The notes under the pieces were generated by a model that saw only the letters and a program-made list of their open reading frames with translations, did no database searches and had not been told where the DNA came from. The position numbers were made by a program, and so were the translations under genes. A stretch of DNA of 63,586 nucleotides, the filler included, from Octopus bimaculoides (taxonomy: Eukaryota): assembly GCF_001194135.2 (NCBI RefSeq). It is 5 parts of 4 records of this genome, joined end to end, with 100 filler letters (N's around TTAATTAATTAA, not from the genome) between each part and the next. Parts side by side here need not be neighbours in the genome. Positions count along the whole stretch, not along the records: positions 28,954 to 59,809 come from NC_068990.1; positions 59,910 to 62,280 come from NC_068981.1; positions 62,381 to 63,586 come from NC_068983.1; 2 more parts are not named here. The stretch is one strand, 5' to 3'. The first letter of the stretch is position 1; each line of letters starts with the position of its first letter. Shown here piece after piece: positions 52,601 to 63,586 of the stretch.

Positions 52601-53691
52601 TGGAACAAAGGTGTTAAAGCAGATGAGACTTGCATATGATGGCAGACTATTGCTGGAACTTGGCTCATGAGTTGACTGAGGTTCAAGTCTCAAGAAAAAT
52701 CATCCAAAAGCAAATTCATGAGAAATTATGCATAAATGATGATACGATTTGTCTGTAGAAATATTAAGATTTTTATTAGTTTTTAAGTAGGGTTTTAAGA
52801 AAACGTTCTGGTTTTGAAGAAAAACCAATTTCTATGTATGTTTGTATGATATGCCTAGTAAGCTGTTTTATTGAAATAATGAAATTCTATAGATCCAGTA
52901 TCTTAAAATCTTAACATGGTAATAAATGGATGTCATTTTCAGATTCTATGATCAAAAATCCCCTGTTTGACAACAGAGAAAATACTTTCTCTTGCTGGCC
53001 TGTGTAATTTTTCAATTGATTCAAGTTGACTCAAGCTACCACTAGCATATTCACACTAGTAAGTCAACATTCCCACGGTCCACAAATACAAGCACAGTAA
53101 ATAATAGCACTCTCAAAGATTTGAAGTGCTGTTAATGTAGATTTTTCACTGTCTAGGAAGTATTGTTTTTTAAAATGTTAAATAAGAATTAATGATATTA
53201 ATGATTATAAATAATATTTTATTAGCAACTAAATACAAATTGAGCTGCTGAGCTGAAATCAAAATCGTGTAAGTGGACATGAACAAGCTAATGTGTGTGT
53301 GTGTGTGTGTGTGTGTCTGTGTGTGTGTGTGTGTGTCTGTGTGTCTGTCTGTCTGTGTTAAATGATATATGTTTTATATAAATAATATATACATCAAACT
53401 ATGTTTAACTAAATAGCCACATCTGGGTATTGTATTTGTAGATGTGGATATTTAGTTGAACAATACAATACTCAGATGTGGCTATTTAGTTGAACACAGA
53501 ATAAACAAAATATAGCAAGTTTCATTGAAAATATATTAAATCAAATTGAAGTCCATAAAATATTTAAAAGAATGCTTGGACTGAAGTTTTGATATGGATT
53601 AAATGATTATATGTTGATAAAGTATTTTGAATTCTTAAATTCTTTGCAGTATTCTATGTTTATCATACTACAAAATCATTTTTCCTCTAAG

Positions 53692-53778
53692 GTACCCAGT
53701 ACACAGTTGATGTATATGCTATTAATTATATTGGAACCAGTCCAAAAAGTAACATACATGTTACAACTCCATCTAAAG
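53692..53778 (+). CDS. FN3 domain 3, second half
   Basis: tttcctctaag| ... G|gtaagt, 87 nt, phase 1-1. It reads GTQYTVDVYAINYIGTSPKSNIHVTTPSK, giving the classic LPGTQYTVDVYA when joined to the previous exon. Confidence 0.92.
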
Positions 53779-54364
53779 GTAAGTCTATTTTAATCATTTG
53801 TATTTTAATATGTATTTCATGCATTTGATATCATCAAATTATTTTAGACTATGTTCTACAGAGCTACAAATGCTAAATTATTGGTCAAATGTCATAATTT
53901 ACATACCTGTAGGTGAGGCACTTTATCCTAAATATTCTCTACTGATACTATCACAAATTTAATACAACATTCTTTTCTATAAGTGTGTGTGTGTGTGAAA
54001 TTTATAGAAAAACAAAAGACGAAAGCAGGTGTATGAACAACAGACAAGTATTTTAGTTTGACGCTCAGGAAAAATGAATAAGTCTTTTATGTTTCAAGCT
54101 TATGCTCTCCAGATGGATGAGAATTAAAAATAGCAGAGTAGTCAGTCATACACAAAAAGGAGTTGGGAGGAAGTTGTCCCTGAAATGTTAAGCAGAAGTT
54201 GCTAACACTTGGATCATCTTAATGGATACTGCTGTCTGATTATTATATCTTGTCCCAAGAAACATCTGAGTATACTTTTCAATTTCTTACAGATGGGAGA
54301 GACAGTAGTAGTAGTGTCTTTTTCTCTTTCTTTATCTCACTACCCCTTTTTCTTTTTTTTTCAG

Positions 54365-54552
54365 TTCCTGGTGCTGTAAACATCATCATAAATACTATAA
54401 CAGCTTTTAATGTCAGTATTTCCTTAAGTCGCCCACAGATTTTTAAGGGAGACATCCTCGGGTATATTGTTGAGATTTACAAAGATAAAAAGATACCAAA
54501 GAATAAAAATCCACTGAATACATATAACATAAGATGTTATAACTGTTCACAG
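54365..54552 (+). CDS. FN3 domain 4, first half
   Basis: Long polypyrimidine tract, then tcag| ... CAG|gtaaag, phase 1-0. It reads VPGAVNIIINTITAFNVSISLSRPQIFKGDILGYIVEIY...NIRCYNCSQ. Confidence 0.9.
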
Positions 54553-55185
54553 GTAAAGACCCATGCATTTCAGTCTTACATATTTCTGTATTTCATAAAC
54601 AATAAGCTTCGGAAGTGGCAGGGCTGGTTTAAACTGCTGATCATTAGTTCAAATTTTGTTCCGTATTTTATTACCTGACAAAACATGATACTGTACCTTA
54701 TGGCTGTTGTTTAATCCCTGTGACAGCTCTGATGAAACAGACCTATGATTAACAGTGTTTTATCTGTAATAAACACATCTTTTTTATTTCTCCAAAACAT
54801 TTTTGCTTATAGGACAGCATTGCATTAACAAGTGTTGGGCCTCACAGAGACAATGACCAAGACCTTTGGCATTATGTCATGCTTGAGAAAAAGACCAAAG
54901 TTGCAGCTGTGGCAGATACCAGTGTCACACGAATTGGTACCCACGCAGATGGCATGTAAATGCACCCTGGTGCCACGCAAATGGCACCCATGCTGCTTGC
55001 ACATAAAAGCACCCATTACACTCTCAGAGTGGTTGGCATTAGGAAGGGCATCCAGCTGTAGAAAACCATGCCAAATTAGACTTGAGTCTGGTGTAGCCTT
55101 CCAGTGTGCCAGCCCAGTCAAACCATCCAACTCATGCCAGCATGGACGTTAAATGATGATGGTGATGATGATGATGATATATATC

Positions 55186-55219
<34 letters not shown>

Positions 55220-55495
55220 TGTATATATGTATGTATGCATGTATGTATAGAGTGTTTGAAGTAGTGTACATATATTGTATGTTGAGAAAAAGAGGGTAGT
55301 CAGAACTTTGGATAATTCTTTATAAATGCTTTTGTTTGTTAACCAAACTCTTCAAAACAAAACTTAAAACCAAAACGGTTAATTTAATACGGTTTTAATT
55401 TTTGTCTTGAAGAGTACGGTTAACAAAAGTATTTATAAAGAATTATCCAAAATTCTGACTGCCTCCTTTTTCTCAATATATATGTGTATGTGTGT

Positions 55496-55536
<41 letters not shown>

Positions 55537-55760
55537 CTCTTTACTCTTTTACTTGTTTCAGTCATTTGACTGTGGCCATGCTGGAGCACCTCCTTTAGTC
55601 GAGCAAATCGACCCCAGGACTTATTCTTTGTAAGCCTAGTACTTATTCTATCAGTCTTGTTTGCTGAACCGCTAAGTTACAGGGACGTAAACACACCAGC
55701 ATTGGTTGTCAAACGATGTTGGGGGGACAAACACAGACACACAAACATATACACATACAC

Positions 55761-55797
<37 letters not shown>

Positions 55798-56682
55798 CGA
55801 CGGGCTTCTTTCAGTTTCAGTCTACCAAATTCACTCACAAGGCTTTGGTCGGTCCAAAGCTATAGTAGAAAACACTTGCCCAAGGTGCCACGCAGTGGGA
55901 CTGAACCCAGAACTGTGTGGTTTGTAAGCAAGCTACTTATCACACAGCCACTCCTATGCCTATGATATGAATGTAAATAAAAAATTATGGAATAATGAGA
56001 TAGAAATATGTATTTAAACCGTTAAGATGACATATTGTATTTCAGATGTGAGAATAAGAAAAAAATTAACTGTAGTATATCATTTACTTGAAAATTCTAA
56101 AGTTTAAATAACTTAAATCTAAAATATGTAAAATACATTATATATAATATACAAAACTGAAGCTAAATTATAATAATTTAATCTATTTTCATTAATTTAT
56201 TTATTTTATAAACATCTTAGTTTAATCTTATTCTAAATATGTAATATATCCTTTATAATCTCATGCTAATTTATACACATTCTACTACTACAAATCATAA
56301 CTACAACGATTAGTAACATAAAATAGGGTTTATATAAATACATAAATTAGCTAAACCTATTATATAAGTAATTTAACTTACGTCTGCATTTAATTTTTTG
56401 TTCATCTAGAGAATTAATCAATTTTTTATTATCAGTTAATAAAAAATTATAAACGCTAAGTTCTACGTATTACATTTAGAATTTTAGTTTAACAGCAATT
56501 CTTCGATAAGGTAAGTTACGATTTTATTTTAAGAAATATTATTAAATGTTTTTCGATTATTTATTTATTTATTTAGTTATTGTTAAAACAAGTATTTTTT
56601 ATATATTTATTTGATATTTATTATAAGTTACAATACATACATTGATTTTTATATTATTATTATCATTATTTATATTTTATTT

Positions 56683-56815
56683 TAGACCTGACGAGTGACT
56701 ATATTTTTGAATAGATTTAATTGCAGATCAATTTGATTATTAATCGAATTATTAATTGAATTGGTTTTATTAGTTATTTATTTGAAAATATAACCACGAA
56801 ACATGCATAGTCATT
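56683..56815 (+). ncRNA. Degenerate hammerhead motif with a long stem II, intronic and sense to the host gene
   Basis: GAC CUGACGA [GUG-ac-UAUAUUUUUGAAUA ... UAUUUGAAAAUAUA-ac-CAC] GAAAC AUGC AUA GUC. Stem II pairs for about 17 of 19 positions, and stem I is GAC/GUC. The triplet AUA mismatches C15.2. Confidence 0.6.
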
Positions 56816-57001
56816 TTTATACCATTTACTAGTTATTCTTTTATGTACTTTATTGATTTTTAGAACAAGTTTTTTACGATATATTTATTTTCTAGAGGGT
56901 ATGAATTACATTCATCATTATTGAATTGTTTAATAGTGGTTTTTCTCTAAATTACATAGAACGAGTGTAAAAGTATGTATTCTTGTTTTTCTCATTAATA
57001 G

Positions 57002-57203
57002 ACAAATGCTTACAGACCTAGCAGCTGTCCTTGTTCCCAACGATGTAATAATATGCAAGTGAAAACTCTCCACAGCTTGGGAGAACACTTTTCTTTGGAT
57101 GATTCACTGACTCCATTTACACATTACTTAATATCAGCCCGAGCTTATACATCTGCTGGTTGTGGTAATAGAAGTCAGATAAGCTTCGCAACAAAAGAAA
57201 GTG
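57002..57203 (+). CDS. FN3 domain 4, second half
   Basis: ctcattaatag| ... G|gtaagt, phase 0-1. It reads TNAYRPSSCPCSQRCNNMQ...LTPFTHYLISARAYTSAGCGNRSQISFATKES; L.PFT.Y....RAYTSAG.G is typical of FN3 domains in receptor phosphatases. Confidence 0.9.
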
Positions 57204-57432
57204 GTAAGTAGACAGAAGAGATTATGTGGTTAAGACAGTGAGATATGACTGAGTGGTTAACAAAGTAAAGGCCTTGCAGAATGGTTCAGCAGTTTGCATT
57301 ACAGACATATATAATTCTTAGTTGGATCTCACTACTTGACAGTTTGGGCTTGTATTCCCTACCATAGCCCTCATGTTTACCAAAACCTTGCAAGTGGAAT
57401 TTGTTACACAGAAACTGTTGGAAGCTGGTCAT

Positions 57433-57481
<49 letters not shown>

Positions 57482-57940
57482 TATTTTAGAAGGTTTGGAG
57501 GTGATGTACAGATATTATATATTAGAAAAAATAAGGTATGGTATGGTCATGTGATGCACATGGACAAGGACAGCTGTGTAAAGAAGTGATGATCTCTAAC
57601 TGTGGAGTGAACCTGTGGTAGAGGTAGATCCAGGGAGACATGGGATGAGGTGGTGAAGCATGATCTTCAAACTTTGAGCCTCACAGAGGCAATGATTGGT
57701 GACGTGCCAGTGGTACGTAAATGCACCTCAGTGTCATGCAAATGGCACCCGTGCTGGTGGCACGTAGAAGCACTAGTTACACTCTCAGAGTCATTGGTAT
57801 TATGAAGGGCATCCAGCTGTAGAAAACCATGCCAAATCCTACCGGAGTCTAGTGCAGCCTTCCAGTGTGCTAGCCCAGTCAAACCATCCAACCCATGCCA
57901 GCATGGACAACACACATTAAATGATGATGATGATGAGGAT

Positions 57941-57990
<50 letters not shown>

Positions 57991-58367
57991 NNNNNNNNNN
58001 NNNNNNNNNNNNNNNNNNNNNNNNNNNNNNNNNNNNNNNNNNNNNNNNNNNNNNNNNNNNNNNNNNNNNNNNNNNNNNNNNNNNNNNNNNNNNNNNNNNN
58101 NNNNNNNNNNNNNNNNNNNNNNNNNNNNNNNNNNNNNNNNNNNNNNNNNNNNNNNNNNNNNNNNNNNNNNNNNNNNNNNNNNNNNNNNNNNNNNNNNNNN
58201 NNNNNNNNNNNNNNNNNNNNNNNNNNNNNNNNNNNNNNNNNNNNNNNNNNNNNNNNNTGTGTATGTGTGTTTGTATTTATATTGCAAGATTTCTGATGTG
58301 AAATTGTGTTGAAACACATGTTGTTATACTTGGGGAAAGTCATATTTTTGTCCACTAACCATACACT

Positions 58368-58905
58368 CTACATAATTGGTTTCCACTTCAGCTTTATTAC
58401 TATACTTATTTTATTTTAGTGTCGTGTGTCTAAAATCTTTTGTCACACATCCTGTGACCTCTTCAGTGACTCTCCATCCCATGTGTCTCTTCTTGTTCTG
58501 TTTAGTCCACTCTGTTTTTCTGTAGTGTATTTACTTATCTGTGCATGAGTTTGTATCTATATCTGTGAATGTGTATGCGTGCATGTGTGCGCATGTTTAT
58601 GTGTTTAGTATATGTGTTTTGTGTGTGTGCATATGGGTTTGCTTACTACACATGGGTACAAACAGTGTAGTAAGCCAACCCATACATATGCACACAAATC
58701 ATACATACTAAACACATAGACATGCACACACCACACACACTCCACAAACACAACACAAGACAAAATGGACTAAACAAAACAAGAGGAGATGCATGGGATG
58801 GAGGGTCACTGAAGAGATCACAATATATGTGATAAGATTTTAGACAAAGGACACTAAAACAAAATAAGAGTAGTAATAAGGCTGAAGTGAAGACCAGTTA
58901 TATAG
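58368..58905. mobile_element. Foldback element with about 240-280-bp diverged inverted arms
   Basis: tggtttccacttcagctttattac...gtgacctcttcagtgac...ttagtcca mirrors tggactaa...gtcactgaagagatcac...gtaataaggctgaagtgaagacca. The centre is a cttactacac/gtgtagtaag hairpin. Confidence 0.88.
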
Positions 58906-59518
58906 TGCATATGGTTAATTGGGTAAAATACGACCATTCCCAAATATAGCAATATATATCAATACTATTATCATCATCATTATCGTCATCATTTAACGTC
59001 CATTGACCATGCTGGCATGGGTTGGATGATTTGACTGAGCTGGCACACTTGAAGGCTGCACCAGACTCCAGTCTTATTTGGCATGGTTTTCTACAGCTGG
59101 ATGCCTTTCCAAATGCCAACCACTCCAAGAGTGTAATGGGTGCTTTCACTTGCCACTGGCATGGGTGACAATTTGCATGACACCAGTATCTGCCATGAAT
59201 GTGATTTTGCTTGGCTTGATGGGCCTTCTTCTCAAGCACAATATAATAATGCCAAAGGTCTCGGTCATTGATTCCGAGAGGCCCAATGCTTGAAAGGAAC
59301 TCAGCCACCTTGCCTCTGTAAAGCCCAATGTTTAAAAGGAACTCAGCCACCATGCCTCCATGAGGTCCAATGCTCAAAAGAAATCCAACATTCGAAAGGA
59401 ATGCAATACTCAAAAGGAACTCAATACTTGAAAGGAATATGTATATATATATATATATTGTCAATATATCATATATCTGAAAAATAACCATGCTTTAAAG
59501 CATAGAGCAGTAATGTAT

Positions 59519-59662
59519 TATAAGTAGTTAAGTCTATGTCTAATCATAGAATGACCAATGGTTTTGCATCCACAAAGGCCTTAGACATTCACAGGGCTAA
59601 GGCCTTTGTGGATGCACAACCATTGGTCACTCTATGACCGGACGCAGACTTAACTACTTATA
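59519..59662. mobile_element. 144-bp hairpin MITE
   Basis: About 66-bp inverted arms (tataagtagttaagtc...ggccttag / ctaaggcc...gacttaactacttata) with a 12-bp spacer. Confidence 0.85.
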
Positions 59663-59675
59663 ATATATATATATA

Positions 59676-59801
59676 CAGGGTGTCCACAAGGTCTGGTACA
59701 TGGAGTAAATGAAATCATAACATAAACAATTAAATATAAGAAATAATAATTTCTTAAAGTATGTGTTAATCCCCATGTACCCAGACTTTGTGGATACCCT
59801 G
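59676..59801. mobile_element. Tc1/mariner-type MITE with TA target duplication
   Basis: TA|CAGGGTGTCCACAAGGTCTGGTACATGG ... CCATGTACCCAGACTTTGTGGATACCCTG|TA. Confidence 0.88.
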
Positions 59802-59929
59802 TATATATANNNNNNNNNNNNNNNNNNNNNNNNNNNNNNNNNNNNNNNNNNNNTTAATTAATTAANNNNNNNNNNNNNNNNNNNNNNNNNNNNNNNNNNN
59901 NNNNNNNNNACCGATCCATTGCTTGTTTT

Positions 59930-61910
59930 AACTTCCTGAGGAAAATATTAACATGTATCCTCACAGGAAAAATATATATGTACCTTGCGGAAAACAATCG
60001 GTATAACAAAAGGGGTGCCGAATAGGATCCAAGGGCACCAAGGATCACCTTGTGATAGACAAGGTTATAATGAAGAACTGTAAACGGTACCAAAATAAAA
60101 TTATGCATGTCCTAGATAGATTTCAAAAAAGCTTACGGCACGTTGCCACATTCGCGGATTTGGAAGACTTGTATGGAATAGCTGAGAATGTGTTTGCACT
60201 GATTATGAACAGCTATGCATAGTTTGAAAACGCGTGTGTCCTGTACCAACCACCACTTAGACGAGGTAACAATCAAAAGAGGGATCTTCCAAGGAGACTC
60301 TTCTTCACCTCTCCCATTTTCTACAGTCCTACGTAAAATCAACATGCACTATGATGTAAGGAAGAACTAACCTCGTCTCAACCACCTTCTCTTCATGGAT
60401 GATTTAAAACTGTTCGCAAAAACAGAGTCTGTAATGGAGAGGCTGGTTGAGACTGTGCAAATGTGCCGCAAGGATATAGGGATGGAATTTGGTATCTGAA
60501 AGTGCGAGATGTTACTTTGAAGTGGGGGAACATATGAAATTGTAGTGGTATTGAATTGCCAAATGGAGAGAGAATGGAGCACCGGGATGATGATGCGTCA
60601 AGTACTTTGGGATCCTGGAGTTAGACAGTATCTTGCACAGAGAAATCAAAGACACTGCATATTTAAAGCGCCTCAAACTCCTCTTGAAATCAAAGCTCAA
60701 ATCAAAGACTGTAACTGCCATCAACATATGGGTTGTTGCTGTAGTCTGCTATAGTGCACCCATCATGAAATGGACACAAGCGGAGAGTGACCGACTCGAT
60801 CGCACTATTGGAAAGGCAAAGCATGGTACCCTCCACCCTTATGCAAATGTACACAGGCTCTACATGAATAGAGGCAAGGGTGGACGTTTGCTGATTAGCG
60901 TACAGGAGTGCATCAGCATTGAAAGAAGAGAGATGGCAGGATAATTGGTAAACAGAAAAGATGACCTGTTGCAATATGCAGCTAGTGCAGAAGAAGCTAA
61001 CAATGGACTTGAGGGTGCTCATGAATTCCAAACAAGAACAGACAACGAGAGAGATGAAACCCTACTCCGTATGGAATTGCATAGTTTCACCTTCAAACCA
61101 ACAAATTAAAAGACCATGGAGAATCTGGAGGTGACTCTAGAAGAGTCACCTAAAGAGGAACACTGTAGGCCTAATCATCACTCCCAGGACCAGGCATTGA
61201 ATACCAATTCAGTGAAAAAGAATTTATACCAAACAATTGCATCGGATTTCTACTGATTGTGTGGGAACAGGATCGAAAGTATGACTGACATTGTTAGTGA
61301 TTGTAAAAGTTTTTCGGAGAAAGAGTTCAAGTGTAGACACGAAAAAGTAGCCCAAAATCTCCACTGGCTACTATGCCGTAAGTATGGATATGAGGTTATG
61401 GGTGCTTCGTACCAACATACAACGGAAAGGTAATGGACGAAAAGGGGAAGGCAAAAATCCTGTGGGACTTTGATTTCTAGACGGACAGTTTGTTAGAACA
61501 CCGATGGCTGGATGTAGTAACATTTCGGAGGGGCAAACAAGAGTTCCTAATAATCGACGTCGCAGTGCTTGTGGGTCAACATATCATCCTGAAAGAAAGA
61601 GGAAATGTTGATAAAAATGGCGACCTGAGAATTGAGATCGCTACGGGAATCGAACATAAAGTTTCTCACTATTGTCATCAGAGCATTGGGTTTAATACCG
61701 CCTAATCTGAAAATAGAAACAGCTGAAAAACCTAGAGATCACTACAACTTAGATTGTATTGCAAAAGTCGGCATTACTTGATCTGCACACATATTGCGTT
61801 AAGTACTGTCTGTCTGAGGTCCTCGTTCTGACTTGACAAACAGTACAAACAACCGGTAGAAACAATATCTTCAATCAACAACCTCACCATATTGTATGCT
61901 GTACGACGTC
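59930..61910 (+). mobile_element. Decayed R4/Dong-like non-LTR retrotransposon (RT, CCHC knuckle and restriction-like endonuclease)
   Basis: Motifs DFKKAYGTLPH, KRGIFQGDSSSP, NHLLFMDDLKLFAK, HRLYMNRGKGGR, CRHEKVAQNLHW and KILWDFDF...LIIDVAV. It ends in (TAA)n. Confidence 0.88.
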
Positions 61911-61927
61911 TATAATAATGATAATAC

Positions 61928-61979
<52 letters not shown>

Positions 61980-61980
<1 letters not shown>

Positions 61981-62280
61981 GACGAGTTAGATCCATACTA
62001 AAAAAAGAGCTCAATGCTAAAAACAAGATAATGGGTATCAACACTTTAGCTGTCCCAGTTATAAGCTACAGCTACAACATCCTTAACTGGACACTAAACG
62101 AACTATGTAAAATAGACAGGAAAACAAGAAAAATAATGACAGGATATAGGATGCACCACCCACAATCTGACATAGAAAGGCTATATATACAACGCACAGA
62201 AGGTGGCAGGGGTCTTATACAGCTAGAAAACTATTATAAAATAACCACCATAGGACTGCAAAAATACCTACTCCAGAAGC
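61980..62280 (+). mobile_element. Second, less decayed 5'-truncated R4/Dong-like copy
   Basis: Uninterrupted frame RRVRSILKKELNAKNKIMGINTLAVPVISYS...HHPQSDIERLYIQRTEGGRGL, starting right after (TAA)n and running into an N gap. Confidence 0.88.
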
Positions 62281-62491
62281 NNNNNNNNNNNNNNNNNNNN
62301 NNNNNNNNNNNNNNNNNNNNNNNNTTAATTAATTAANNNNNNNNNNNNNNNNNNNNNNNNNNNNNNNNNNNNNNNNNNNNCATACACATTTATATATACA
62401 TGCATATACATAGATATGTACACATATACACACATATATACTTACAAACATACGTACACACACCCACACAAGTATACATATATACATACAT

Positions 62492-62525
<34 letters not shown>

Positions 62526-63586
62526 TTATATATATATATATATACAGACACACACACATATATATATATATTTATATATATATATATACAGACACACACA
62601 TATATATACACATACATACATACATATACATACACATGTGGACATACACTCACATATACATGTATACACAATCATATACACACATGTATATTTACACACA
62701 CACATACATCTAAATATAGACATATTTTTTTATTAAAAATACATCTACACAAATACGCTCCCATACTTAATCACAAGTACACTCATATATGAATATGTAA
62801 AGAAACCTATGTATAAATAAATACATCTGTGCACAAAAATGTACATACATCCAACAAATCATACGTAAATGCATATTGATATATCTTTTTTAAAGTAATA
62901 GTAATAAGAGTAAAAATAAGAGTAAAAATAAGGGTAAAAGTAAAAAATATAACTGATAATGCGTATATGTACACAAAAAAATCAATAGAAACACCTCTAG
63001 TTTATACAGAACCCTGAATATGTATACACAGACACACACATACACATTTTCCCTCACAGATACACGTGTATATATAAACACCCATACCGGTATATTCATA
63101 CGTACATAAATTTTGTATGTGTTAGTTGTTACAAGGGTTTATCAAGATTTAAAATATGTTCTAGTTCAGGTTAATAAATTACGAAAGTTTAGATAAATAA
63201 TTTGAATCGTAAATAATTTTAATCTTCTAACCTTTGAGGGAATTAATAATATGTTTTATTAGAACTATTTGAAGAATTCACTTATTACGGGTTAATATGA
63301 TATCGTTTTATAAAAACAGTAAATGTTATTTAAATGCTGAAAATGTATGTTTTTGCCAATCTTTACATCTGTAAGAATTTTCTATGAAAGTATTTACCAG
63401 ATTATTCTTTGAAAATAAAATAAAGAGGAGCTCGGTAACACAAAGATGGCAAAATGTTTCACCCTTTTCATATGGCTTAGAAATAGAAAGAATAAGCCAG
63501 TCTAGTTTAAATTTAATGTTATTATCTTTAAGATCCCAAATTAGTTTGCTAAGACTCGTGGTATTACGTTTGCTTCTATCTCTAAA

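Noticed and set aside
55960-56950. Nuclear mitochondrial insertion (very AT-rich block)
   Set aside because: No mitochondrial gene, rRNA or tRNA motif was recognised; a PLE-like remnant fits better.
59281-59440. CRISPR-like repeat-spacer pattern (aaaggaactc units), also the 26945-27280 array
   Set aside because: The units are degenerate tandem repeats without unique spacers, in eukaryotic DNA with no cas genes.

Overview
This is eukaryotic, AT-rich, microsatellite-dense genomic DNA from a gappy assembly. The SINE/RTE repeat complement suggests an octopus or other coleoid cephalopod (inference from recognised repeats, no search run). One spliced plus-strand gene runs from about 37.8 kb past 57.2 kb. 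It encodes a putative signal region, a Ser/Thr-rich segment and about four fibronectin type III (FN3)-like domains. This looks like the ectodomain of a cell-surface receptor, possibly a receptor-type tyrosine phosphatase, but no transmembrane or catalytic exon was found in the window. A disrupted paralogue of part of that ectodomain, with different intron positions, appears at 161-3676. The rest is mostly repeats: tRNA-derived SINEs, RTE LINE fragments and their 3' ends, two R4/Dong-like LINEs at a (TAA)n tract, decayed mariner (DD34D), maT (DD37D) and hAT transposases, a Helitron and several MITEs. The most striking observation is a recurrent set of hammerhead ribozyme (HHR) motifs of the Penelope-like element (PLE) type, all in short ORF-less elements. 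These are a 341-bp foldback with one HHR per arm, a tRNA-headed SINE-like insertion with an HHR, an intronic HHR with a long stem II directly after a GT-AG intron-like segment, and two more foldbacks with eroded HHR-like cores.
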